DNA of 64,000 nt, from the NCBI GenBank assembly GCA_051294375.1, contig CM119265.1, forward strand, positions 1,378,161-1,442,160, in the 5' to 3' direction. The DNA comes from Paraspadella gotoi (taxonomy: Eukaryota > Animalia > Chaetognatha). Shown one piece after another: positions 53,121-64,000 of the stretch (positions are counted from its first letter, which is position 1; each line of letters starts with the position of its first letter). The position numbers and the translations under genes are program-made. The notes under the pieces were generated by a model. The model saw only the letters and a list, made by a program, of their open reading frames with translations. It had not been told where the DNA came from and ran no database searches.

Positions 53121-54354
53121 TCTTCTTCACAAATCGTCATAAAATATGAGAAATCGGGCGCTTCGTCTTCAAATAGTCCATCGCGGTTGATGACGCCGAC
53201 AACAAGGTTCGTATAATGAGAGATAAAAATGCCTTCGTCTGTCATGCCGTCTGGCTGTCCGTACGCCCACGGCACATTTGCGACGCCCGTTCTGTTCAGC
53301 CATCTGTCTGTGTCTCCCTCCAGCCGTATCAAGCCTGTCCAGAATTTTGGGTCATCCTCGTAACCAACGTTGAGCAGGAAGCCGGCCGCTTCTTTTACAA
53401 GCTCCTGTTTGTAAGTTTGATGATAGGTTCCGTTAATTTTTTGAGGGAATTTTTAACTTAGTTAAAATCATGTCAAATTTATTGAAATATGTTAATCTTG
53501 AAGAATAACATCGCTTTCTGAGGTTAACACATATATTTTTTTAAAAATATTTTGGTTAATATTGCTTAATTATAACAAAGTAAAATGAAAAAAGACACTA
53601 ACTAAAAATATTTTTGTAAACAGAGAGAGAAAGAAAGAAAGAGAGAGTCAAAGAGAAACAATGAGGGAGAAATTGAAAGGTCAAGTAAGAACACCATAAA
53701 TTCAAGGAAAGAATCACTCTCTCTTTCTTTCTCTCTCTGTTTAAAATTTTGTTTTAGTTCGTACGGTGGACTAAAATCCACCGACCGTTTATCAGCGGCC
53801 ATTGGTGCAAGAGGCAAGTCATTCGTCTCCCAACCCAAAGGTCCGGGGTTCTAGCCTGGTGGTCGCCTCGCTGGTAAGATGGACGGGGCGCTTAATCCGC
53901 TTGTAACATGCCGTTGCAACCTGATCCGAGCTAAGGGACTGATTACATTGAACGTTTCTATTACTATCATTTCGCTTTCTCACTACAAGTGAATTATGGT
54001 TAAACAATATTAATATATGTGTTAACCTCATAAAGCGAAGTTATTCTTCAACATTATGTCTTCACAACACATATTCGATGACTCTAAAGCAATAAATATG
54101 TTAATCGTAATATTAGCACTATACCCTTCACGAACTACACACCAAATGGAATACTCATCACACGCGCTTACTTGGACGGCGGTTAATTTATCCCGAGTAT
54201 CAAGATTAGCAACGTGACTTTTTGTCATTAGCCTTGTCGACTTAATGGAACATAAATCTGTGGCACCTGGAACACCTTCTTCTCCGTAAAACTTTATTCG
54301 ACCTTGAACACAAAAAGCATTATGACCTGATTTGGAAATTGCCTCTCCTCCTTC
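53102..54354 (-). CDS. C-type lectin domain (QPD type), two exons; 3' part of the lectin receptor or a separate/pseudogenic paralog
   Basis: Exon ~54354-54172 (…DLCSIKSTRLMTKSHVANLDTRDKLTAVQ|gtaagc) joins in phase 0 to exon 53404-53102 (ELVKEAAG…KFWTGLIRL…PWAYGQPDG…FMTICEEEQKRGP*). An in-frame TGA at 54355-54357 blocks the obvious upstream connection. Confidence 0.7.
53765..53867 (+). mobile_element. tRNA-derived repeat (SINE head or tRNA pseudogene)
   Basis: 53795-53866 folds as acceptor GCGGCCA/TGGTCGC, T-arm CCGGG-GTTCTAG-CCTGG and anticodon loop CTCCCAA (Gly CCC-like) with a broken stem. A second copy lies at 41262-41357. Confidence 0.55.
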
Positions 54355-54624
54355 TCATCTCTCAATAACCTGTGCATGCGATGTCATTACAAGAATTAAT
54401 TTATTGTTCTAAAATGTTTAATTCATATATTTTTGTGTAAAAAAAATCAAAAAGGCAATGAAATTCACTGTAAACAATTCAAACGTTTTTCTGGGGTATT
54501 TTTCATATAAATTTGAACAATTTAGTTTATTTTTTGGTATAATTTTTACCATTAACTAGTTTTGTTCAAAATTAGTACTTAGATTAAATCTACTATGTCA
54601 ATGACTAAATCTAAATTTCCTCAC

Positions 54625-57600
54625 CAAAATGAAGACTAAAAGTCGATCCTTCGACTTCAACAGTAAAATTTGGCTTCAATGTTGGTCTTTCACACACAAA
54701 GGGATAAGTGGCGCTGCGTTCATCGTCGGCAATGTGTCCCGTGATGACATCCAGCACTGCAGCAGCGCCAACTGTAGAAAATATTATTGGCAGCCAAAAT
54801 TGTCATTTTATGACGTCATATGAGGTCATATGAGGTCATATGACGTCCTTTATGATGACGTCATCTAATATATATGAGGTCATTACAACTGGGAAGAGGT
54901 ATGTGCCAAACTTACTTTCGATTCGAATTTTTGTTTCTATTTTTAGCTTTTAATTTTTGTATCTGATTACTACAGTTTTGTTGTCTATTATCAGTCAACT
55001 ATAAATATTTTTAACAATAAAATAATAATAGAAAATTTTGTTACAGAGATTCCGACACTATAATCAACTTTGTCGGTCCGTCGGTCCACCCCCAAAATCT
55101 TGTCGGTAAATCATTTTTATCATATCAAAACATCAGATTATATTAAATTATTAAAAAAAAATGTCTGTCCGTCTGTCTGTCTGTCTGTCCATCCGTCTGT
55201 CCCTCCCTCCCCCCTTAGTAAAAAACTCCCATTACTGTTGATTGGATGGTTGGATTGTCATAAAATAAACAAGTTTGAGCAAACAATGCCGGATCTGCCC
55301 ACGATCATTAGCGGTAAACCATTGAACAGATTGATTAATTAATATTAATTTTGTTTATTTCTGTCAAAATCGTTTTCCACTTTGTCTCGCTTTTTAATCA
55401 CAAAACAACAATATCGATCACAAAATTAATTAATTAATTAATTACAAATAATTAATTAATTACTTATATATTAATAATTAATTGATGCAGCTTGAATTTA
55501 CATTTAATATAAAAATAAAAAAAATATAGTCAAATAGTGAAATAGATTGTTTGTTTTTTCAATTTAAATCATTTCCACTTGAACGATTCCATCGAGACTT
55601 TATTTCCTGCTCAATCACACACTTTCCTAATCACACGCAAAATTTCATTCCAATCCATCCATCCAATCGCGAGTAATTATTGTTTTTTGCTAAGGTGGGA
55701 CAAACGGACGGACAGACGGACAGACATCATTTTTTTTTGCATAATTTATCATAATTCGATGTCCTGACATGATATAAGTGAATGCCCGACAAGATTGGAG
55801 GGGCGGACCGACAGACCGACAAAGTGTAAGCAGATCCAGCTAAAAATTTGTCCGCCAAAATAACCTTGATTAATATCTATCATATCAAAGCCAAAGATCT
55901 CCATCTGGGAGCGGCGAGGCAGCTCTTCAAGAAATGCTCTTGCCAATTGTGAGGCATTAGTGGCCTTTTCCGCGGCAATTCTGTCACCATACTCCACATC
56001 CCTCATGGCTTGCAGTTTGAGAGCGGTTTCATTGGCAGCCTTTTCGGCAGATGCAACTTCTGCCTGAAGATCATCAAAAATAAAATCGATGGGTGCTCCA
56101 ACCTCGATCATTTTCTCCGTATTTTGAAGAAGAATTACAGATTTTCGCAGTTGATTAAGGATGTTATCGAGTTCATGCTTCTCCATTTCAGCTCGTTTGG
56201 CTGATTCCAGTGCCACTTTTGCGGTTTTAACAGCCTCAGCTTCCGCTGCTTGAACTGCAAAAGTGGCATCAGCAATGGCAATGGAAGAATCATCAAAACG
56301 CGTGCCATCTGGTTCTCCAGGATACCAAGGGCTCACAGTTTTACTCACTCCAAATTGAGTCCATTTAGTTCCAATGTCTTTTATCTTTCGAAGCCCCGTC
56401 CAAATCCTACGAATCTCTGAATTTGATTTTTGAACTGTTTTTCTTAAAGATTTTGATGCTGGTTCTGTGGCTAAGCTAGACAATTGTCCTCCTTTGAGGG
56501 CACAGAATCCTACTGCTTGCTCCCAATTAAGAACTTTGGAGTGAAACTCTCTAGTCAGCTCATGTTTATCAATGGTATCAGTAAAATCGACATAAAGACT
56601 CCAGTAGTTGGGCTGACACTCAAAACTTCCATGACATTCAGACCCATTAGACCACTCAAAACAATGTCCAATGCATGAATGTTCGTAACATCCAGACAAA
56701 TATTGAAGACCAAAAACGGGTTGTTTTTTGCCAAAACGAAAACTGTTATAAGAGGCTGAAATATTTGCAAGTTCATCAACATGTTTTCCAACCGTGCAAG
56801 TTGGTTTCCAAGGGCCAAATTGCGTGGGACCATATAGAGCAAAACCCTTCTGGCATCCAGAGTCCAGTACGAGGGAAGCGTTTCTTTTAAACTGAGATGA
56901 TGGTGTTGTTAAAGATATTTTGCAAAAAAACCCCAGCTTTATAGATTTAGAATTCAAAGTTATCAGCTCGCCATTTTTTGTTAAGATCATGGCCCTCTTT
57001 TTGCCATCAATTTGGTTCAAGCTGGCGGCGTCATTTATAGTTTTGTATTCTGTAAAAAGTAATATTAGTAAAAATAAATCATTTTCAGGGGAAAAAAATT
57101 CCAAAAGAAAAAAAAATCAGGTTGATTGATTTATAGAATATTTTTCTTAAACATTTTGGTTTTTATTATTTTAATTATTATCTTTATTTTCCTTTTCCTC
57201 CACAGCTATGATCATCTTTTTTATTGTGTTATTAACTATATTGAACTAATTTTACTAATTCTTTTTTTTCCTTACATTTTGAAAACATTCTATTTCTGGA
57301 CTCACCTGTTTCATCTTCATCGCCGACCACAACACCACCACATGTTCCTTCTTTACAACATAGTCCCAGCCACACCCATTCCACATCAATATCAGACATT
57401 GTCGCCACCATTGCTTCCCTCTCCCTCTTTATCGCCCCTGGCGCCAAAATACCTCCGCTGGTCAAACAAAATTGATGAGCCTCTTTCCACGATAGAGCAT
57501 CCCCGTGAAAATAATAAAAATAATTATCTGTTATATCGGGAACGATGCTCATGTAAAGTCTGTTGGTACTTTGATAACAATCCTCTGGTAACGCAATACC

Positions 57601-58203
57601 TAATCCATATTGCCAACATTCTCTGAGCTCTTTCTCTTGTCCTTTACAAAAAGGCTGAAGCAGAGGATTGTTTAGAAATGAACGAAGTTTAGGATCGTAT
57701 TGAGTATTTCCGACCAACAAAACTCCTTTCTTGCCGTTCAACAGTTTCCTCGCAATTATTTTACCCAATGCCCAAATTTCAGTTGCATTCATCCAGGCGA
57801 CGCAGATGGCGCCACGCGGACTATGGTCTGACTTGGCCACAAGGGGGAACCCCCTGTCCGAATGGCAATCGGAGTGAAATTCTAAATGATAAGCAGGATT
57901 AGGACTCTCCACAGGGATCAGGCAAGTCGGGATGAGGCAGATAATGATGATGGGAATCACAAGCAAAAGCCAAAACGCAGAAGCAGGTTTTGAAGTCATT
58001 TCATCAGAGGCATTGCTTTCTAGAAAAATTGTAAAGTTAATGTTTCCTATATTGAGAAATAAAAACAAATATTCACAATTTAACCAATTCTCACCTGTTT
58101 TTTTATCATCGGCTGCTCCACATTGGTCAATTTTCTTATTCAAGTCTTCCTCTTTCTCCATTTGTTGCTTTTTTTTATCATCATCTTCATCGTCTTTCTT
58201 CAT
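54625..58203 (-). CDS. Type II membrane receptor: TM - SRCR-like - C-type lectin - SRCR-like - C-type lectin
   Basis: Exons 58203-58095, 58019-57306, 57049-55865, 54771-54625, all phase-1 junctions. TM FWLLLVIPIIIICLIPTCLI. SRCR-like GAICVAW…CKGQEKELREC…C. CTLD1: LSWKEAHQFCLTSGGILA…WVWLGL…GFFCK. CTLD2: LNWEQAVGFCALKGGQLSSL…IWTGL…WYPGEPDG…YPFVCE. The start codon is uncertain and may be fused to the XK gene. Confidence 0.8.
55045..55258 (+). mobile_element. Truncated HINE-like element (5' part) in opposite orientation
   Basis: agattccgacactataatcaactttgtcggtccgtcggtccaccccc…(GTCT)n…gattggatggttggattg matches the 5' core. Confidence 0.6.
55267..55846 (-). mobile_element. HINE-like element in a lectin gene intron
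   Basis: aaacaagtttgagcaaacaatgccggatctgc … agcagatccagctaaaaa; same core and microsatellite. Confidence 0.7.
55865..57049 (-). CDS. Large exon of lectin receptor (end of CTLD1, SRCR-like 2, CTLD2 with helical insert)
   Basis: Core of track ORF 55749..57104, bounded by ttttacag|AATAC and ATCAAG|gttatt. Confidence 0.8.
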
Positions 58204-58231
58204 TAAAGTTGATCCTTTTTCTTTCTCTACT

Positions 58232-61200
58232 CTAACTTGCTCCAAGCCTATTGTTCCTTTGCTTTTGCATCCACAATGTCTTCATTATCTTCGACGAAGA
58301 CACCAAAATATCAAACGGTCTCTTTTTCCAAAGTTTCCACACGAGAATGAAAGAGGAAAAAGTCGGAACCATTCTTGAGGAGAAGAAAGCCAAGGACTGT
58401 ATTAAAGACAAAGACGACGAGAGTGGACAAAACGTCCATTGACTGTTGTTTTTGTAGAGAGACACGAAGGCTTGCAATGGATTGGGCTCCGTGCACGGCA
58501 AAGGCATCGACGACAAAGAAGAAATAATAGAAATGAGAATGAGAATTTTTGCCAGAAGGAAGAAGACGTGGAACAACGGGGAAATTGGGATTTTTGACGG
58601 ATCCTGATGGAAAATAAATGTATTGATTAATTGTATTGTGTAACAGTTCCCATATCGTCATAAGGGATGCTAGTAGAGACAAAATGTCAGTTTAAATGTT
58701 TTATGTTGGGTGTGAACGTTTTAAAAGTCGATTATAAACAATGTGCCATTAATAAAGATTGATTAATGAATTTTTTTTTTACAGTTAGCTATATTTATAT
58801 ATAGTACTATTCTTAATAGCTGTATTATTTCCTTTTTTCCGTTGTTTTCAAAATTAGTTTACAAAGTAGAAGTATTTGTCTTTTAACAATGATTAAATCT
58901 TAAATGTTTTGGTTTTTGGTTGCAAATTGTCTAATGCGCTGAAGAAGGCGTGCAATCAAAAACTGAAACATGTACGATTTAATGATTAAACATTGTTAAA
59001 AGAAAATTAAAACTCTTATTGTCAAATTCTATTAAAATTCTATTCTTATAAAATCTTAAAACTTTTCAAATTTTCATAGAGTTAAAACTTTTAAAATTAT
59101 ATTTAAGATATGGGTTTTCTGATTTTTGACCAACTTAATAAAAGAAGTTTTAAAAAAGAGTTATATTTTTATCAACTTTTTTACAACAAAGCAAAATCTG
59201 CAAAAAAAATCTTACAAAATCAAATTTGAAATTAGAATAAAAATATTTTTACAATGGGTGAACCAATTTCATATTTATAAGGTAAGTACAATATTTTTTA
59301 TTTAATGTAATCCCATGTGTGATCTTTAACTAAATCCATTCAAAGTTAAATTAAAAATTGACGTTATATTACTACAAAACAATACTTCAGCTAGCCACAT
59401 TCTCCTCACCATATCAATGAGAACAGAAAGAGTAACGATGAAGGCAAAAGGGAGGACAAACATGGCGATGGATGGTGGACTGAATTGCAAGAATGAAAGA
59501 GCAAAGGAGAATCTGCAGATGCCGCCGATGAAAACTATTTCGGTGATGAAGAATATGATGAGTACGAATCGAGTGACCCAATGTGGGCGGAAGGGAGAGC
59601 CAAAGCGTCCAGGGTTTAAGTCCGGTTTGCTATCATCCTTTATGTCAGCTTCTTCAATTTCTTCTATTTGATCTCTTTTTGCCTAGAGAATTCCATAAGA
59701 AATATAAAAAAAAATTGTTAAAACAGTTTACAATATTTGATAGATTACATTACTTCTAAAAATTTGTAAGTTTATATCTTCTCTCAAAATTTCTAGAAGA
59801 AAAATACAGATTATATAATCTTTCATCAAACAAAGCACCTTATACCTGAACTTACTTTTTCATCAGAGTTTTCATCAACACCGTTGGTGTCACTACCATT
59901 TGTGCCACATTTGTCACCATCTTCTCCACGAACACAACCACCTCTTTGACAACAACCTCCTTCACTTTGTCCACAACCTCCTCCACAGACACAACCACCA
60001 CAACCCCTTCCACAACAACCTCCTTCACCTTGTCCACCTCCTCCACAAACACAACCCCTTCCACAACAACCTCCTTCACTTTGTTCACCATTTCCTCCAC
60101 CACCTCCACCAGAACCATTAACAATATACTCTGCCAGTCCCAGACTGAGAGTGACCGCAGAGGAGCAGACGGAGATCATCTGAACAAATGAGAGATAGCG
60201 AACACCCTCTTGTCCTTTGGCGCTTGTCATCATGAGCTGAGAGAATAATACAAAAAAACCTATTTATGATAATATTTGTACTTTGTTATTTTCATGCCTG
60301 TTATGAAGTCGTTACAAAAAATAGGAAACTATCATTCATTGTTTTTCTCAGAATAGAAACACTCTTTGAAATATTATGCCACTTCATGATAGGAGTGAAT
60401 AAACGAGACTGTGAGAGATCTTGATGAAAGTTTGCAGGACCTGCTATGTCATTATCTAGAAAGAGTGATGGAGGCCTTAAACCACCAAAGTCAGGGGCAA
60501 GATAGCTTATTTATTAAATATGAATGGATAATTTTTATATTGGTTATAACAATTTCATAAAGCATCTTGCCTCGTGACATTGGACATTGGACATTGGACA
60601 GTATATGATGGATTACAACTAGTGATATGTTTTAATCACAAGGTCACGATTAATTGTTACTTTGCCATGTTTGATTATCTTTTTAATCTTGCATCGAACC
60701 TGGGTACAGAATTGAGGCAAACTCTCTGCAAAAATCTCGGCCAATTTTGACGTTGAAGCGAATCCAACGGCTCGGGCGAGGATTCTATCTACGGATTCCG
60801 GTCGATGCCGGTTTTGGATCAGCGTGCAAAGGCAGAAGAAATAGATAACTGTGGGACCCAACATCGCGGCCGATCCCAGAAGGGACGCCATCAGCCAGGG
60901 CATCGGAATGACGCTTCGGTGTCTCAGCATACGCCACGCCAACAAGAGAAACTGCGCCACGCCTCCGGAGACGATCCACAGCCAAGTGAGAAAAAGATGA
61001 ATGGCGCTGTAGTCGGGTGGAGTTCCAAACCAGGTTTGCAATGAGAGGACGTACTCCAGTTTTGAATCAAAGTCATCTGAGAATTAAAATTAGATTTTAG
61101 AATAGTTTCAAACCTTTTTTTGGGTTTTTTCTGATTATCTGATTAAGATTTAGGGATGACTTTTAACAAGTTAACAAACAGTCAATTTTTTTTACCAGAA

Positions 61201-62008
61201 AAGTCTAAAAATTGAACATTTTATTTTGGATATTGTATTGTACATTGTATATTTTTACGAGCTCTTTTTTTTTATCAAAGACACAAAAACACAAAGACTG
61301 AAATGAAAGACAATAAACACCGAGAGGTCATCCTTATTTTTCTAGAACGCCTCGTTTTTTTTTTAAATTTGAAATTAGGTTAATTTTTTGTAATTAAACA
61401 TTAGATTAAGAGATAGGGTTGAGGTTTAGTTAGGGATTAAGTTTAACTTAGTGATTAAGGTTAAGGATTATGTTAATAATTAGGGTTAGAGACTAAGGTT
61501 TAAGGTCTCATAGCTTAGGATTAAAAAGAGTAGATAAGGGTTTAAGTTTAAAGGTTCTTTGTTTATTTGACTTTCTTTTCGTTGCCCTTGAATTTAAAGA
61601 AAAAAATATTTGTCACAAACAACGATTTTCTCAAAGTTAAAGCGGACATGTTTCGACTCATATTATTTTTTATTTTTGCTAGGTTAAGGTTCCTGGTTAA
61701 GTTAAGGTTAGTTTAAAGTTAGGGATTAAGGTTAGAGATTACGAATTAGTGTTAGGATTTGGTTCTAAGTTTTAGTTTAAAATTAAATTCCGGGTCAAGG
61801 AAGAGAAATGGTGCAATGTGGGAAAAGAGAGCCTACAAAATAGAACTCCCCCCCCCCCACAACAAGTTGCATTTCTCTTTTCCCACCGGGTAAAGTATCG
61901 TTGGGAAACGTTTTGCGGAATTTGTTCTCGCGCGACGGACGATGTCCACGGCCACGTCCAAAAGTAGGAGGCGATGTGAACCACAAAACGTCCCCCTGCT
62001 ATCCACAT
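58232..62008 (-). CDS. XK-related (Xkr/CED-8-like) multi-pass membrane protein, 5+ exons
   Basis: Exons ~62008-61887, 61076-60700, 60236-59856, 59682-59410, 58603-58232 with AG/GT boundaries; the last four join in phase. Motifs: KLAEIFAESLPQFCTQL (XK ESxPQ motif), QMISVCSSAVTLSLGLAEY, and several hydrophobic helices. Exon 1 gives the XK-like SYF(L)DVAVDIV(V)ARE only if about 3 single-base indels are corrected. The true 5' end is uncertain. Confidence 0.8.
60700..61076 (-). CDS. XK-related gene exon containing TM helices and the ESLPQ motif
   Basis: tcag|ATGAC acceptor and CAG|gttcga donor; matches track ORF 60619..61041 (…HLFLTWLWIVSGGVAQFLLL…AEIFAESLPQFCTQ). Confidence 0.8.
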
Positions 62009-62363
62009 GACGAATTGGGGGAATAAATGAGACCGTTTGTCTGCGTTTGGTTGTGTTTGTGAGGAATCAAATTGAAGAATTGTTTAATAAAACGCCTAAA
62101 AATGAAAATAATTTGCCCATCTCTCTTTTTCTAAGTCTCCAGTTAGAATTTTTTTTTTCTATTCGAAACACTCGCTCGTACGAGAGGTTCGGCCTTGAGA
62201 TTAGTTATTTTTTAATCTCGTTAATTGAATTCACTCGTCGAAGGGTTTTATTCTCTGTACGTTAGCGTTAATAAGAGCTCGTTTTGAGGGAAGACAGTGT
62301 TAAAACTCTTTTTGTCTTTATTTAATTAATGGCGGGTCGGGATGAGGGATCTCTCTCTTCTCT

Positions 62364-62447
<84 letters not shown>

Positions 62448-62920
62448 ATCGCTCTTGTAAACTTATTTTTAAAGATAAGGTATTTTATTTCAAACCAAGA
62501 AAAAATTGTACCATAAATACCCAAATACTTACATACATACAACTATTCGTGTATATCAACTTCAAAAGATATATCAATGAAATTCATATTTAGTAACAAT
62601 AATAGAAAAGTGAATCCTTAGTCTTTTTGTTTACATTCAAAACAAGTGACTCTGGTGGAGTCAGAGTGAGAACGCCCCGTGCCCAACATTCGTTCCAGAC
62701 GTGCTTTCCAAATATGCGTTCCATACACGGTCTTTAAAAATTCCTTTTTGAATTGGTACAAGTGTAGTGAACCACGGGCAACCGAAAGTGGCAGGAGTCG
62801 TAAAGAAAGAACCTATTACTTTTTATACGCAATTAAGAGATTTTTTTAATCAAAAAAATTTTATTAGTGTTTACAAAAACGAATTTTTTAGAAACAAAAA
62901 AAAGGGAAATATTTCGGCTT

Positions 62921-63733
62921 ATGTTACTTCTTCAGCGAGTGAAAATGAATTGTAAAATTTTTTTTCACAGAGTTTAAAGTTGATGATTTAGTGATGAAAC
63001 GTGTAAAAATTTAAAAGTCATGTTAATATTAGCTAACGAATTAATATTTGCGTTCTTATTGTGATTTTATTTAATAATTAAACTAGGTTTTTTTCTCTAT
63101 TCACAACAACATTACACTTTGAAATTAACAAGTTTTCGTCAGACTAAATCTTTTGTTTCACTCATTTTTAATCTCTTCACATTCGCCATCTCTCGTCACG
63201 AAGTTAAGACAGAAAACAAAGACTGACGTTTTTTTTATATTTTTCTCTATCATTATGCCCAATTGCCCATAATATAGNNNNNNNNNNNNNNNNNNNNNNN
63301 NNNNNNNNNNNNNNNNNNNNNNNNNNNNNNNNNNNNNNNNNNNNNNNNNNNNNNNNNNNNNNNNNNNNNNNNNNNNNGGCTTTAATGTTACTTCTTCAGC
63401 GAGTGAAAATGAATTGTAAAATTTTTTTTTCACAGAGTTTAAAGTTGAGAGAGAACGTGTAAAAATTTAAAAGTCATGTTAATATTAGCTAACGAATTAA
63501 TATTTGCGTTCTTATTGTGATTTTATTTAATAATTAAACTAGGTTTTTTTCTCTATTCACAACAACATTACACTTTGAAATTAACAAGTTTTCGTCAGAC
63601 TAAATCTTTTGTTTCACTCATTTTTAATCTCTTCACATTCGCCATCTCTCGTCACGAAGTTAAGACAGAAAACAAAGACTGACGTTTTTTTTATATTTTT
63701 CTCTATCATTATGCCCAATTGCCCATAATATAG
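62921..63733 (+). repeat. ~350-bp direct duplication flanking an N gap
   Basis: 62921-63277 matches 63386-63733 with one visible local difference (tgatgatttagtgatgaaac vs tgagagagaac). Confidence 0.85.
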
Positions 63734-63859
63734 GTTAAAATAAATAACTTCTACTTAATATAAATAACTATTTAGATTATAAGGAGCCTAATAAATTTAA
63801 ATAAAAATTTAAATTTCCCAAGCAACAATTCCCTTTACTCGATTACCATTTTCCCTATC

Positions 63860-64000
63860 ATATTTTTTCCCATCTTTCATTTTCCTCCTTCTCCCATCTT
63901 TCCATTTCTCCGTTTCCCATCTTTTCATTTCCTCCCTTTTCCCATCTTTCCATTTACTTCCTTTTCCCATCTTTCCATTTCTTCCTTTTCCCATTTTTCC
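63860..64000. repeat. Pyrimidine-rich ~24-bp minisatellite
   Basis: (tttcccatctttccatttcttcct)n running to the window end. Confidence 0.75.

Noticed and set aside
53795-53866. Functional tRNA-Gly
   Set aside because: The anticodon stem is mostly mispaired and the D arm weak; the second copy is more degraded.
54810-54885. Cluster of CRE (TGACGTCA) sites
   Set aside because: A short 10-bp tandem repeat in an intron with no independent evidence of function.
55749-55864. ORF tail suggesting a transposon-derived C-terminus
   Set aside because: The phase-1 donor at 55864 joins exon 54771, which completes the CTLD; the tail is read-through into an intronic HINE.
62921-63733. LTRs or a real tandem duplication
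   Set aside because: The copies directly flank an N gap; more likely overlapping contig ends or haplotypes.

Overview
AT-rich, microsatellite-dense draft genome of an intron-containing eukaryote, probably an invertebrate animal (inferred from the lectin/SRCR/XK genes). Most ORFs in the track are microsatellite noise; the real genes are spliced and were rebuilt by hand from AG/GT boundaries and phase. Positions 1-34 kb are essentially one ~10-13 kb locus present 2-3 times, mostly as inverted, indel-ridden copies around 25-N gaps, most likely assembly or amplification artefacts; the locus holds a His/Arg-rich multi-exon gene. Positions 37.9-44.1 kb hold an 8+-exon gene for a Tyr/Ser/Arg/His-rich disordered protein. 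Positions 45.8-62 kb (minus strand) hold a type II membrane protein gene, a gene with SRCR-like and C-type lectin domains (one lectin domain split by a ~135-aa helical insert) and an XK-related (Xkr/CED-8-like) gene whose stop lies 28 nt from the lectin gene ATG with overlapping open frames. That junction is the best candidate for a new system: a scramblase-lectin fusion or operon. Repeats include a DINE-1/HINE-like Helentron family (one long copy carrying cargo), a TTAA-flanked fold-back MITE, a MITE with telomere-like internal repeats, and tRNA-related SINE-like elements. All domain calls are by-eye motif recognition with no searches run; repeat boundaries are approximate.
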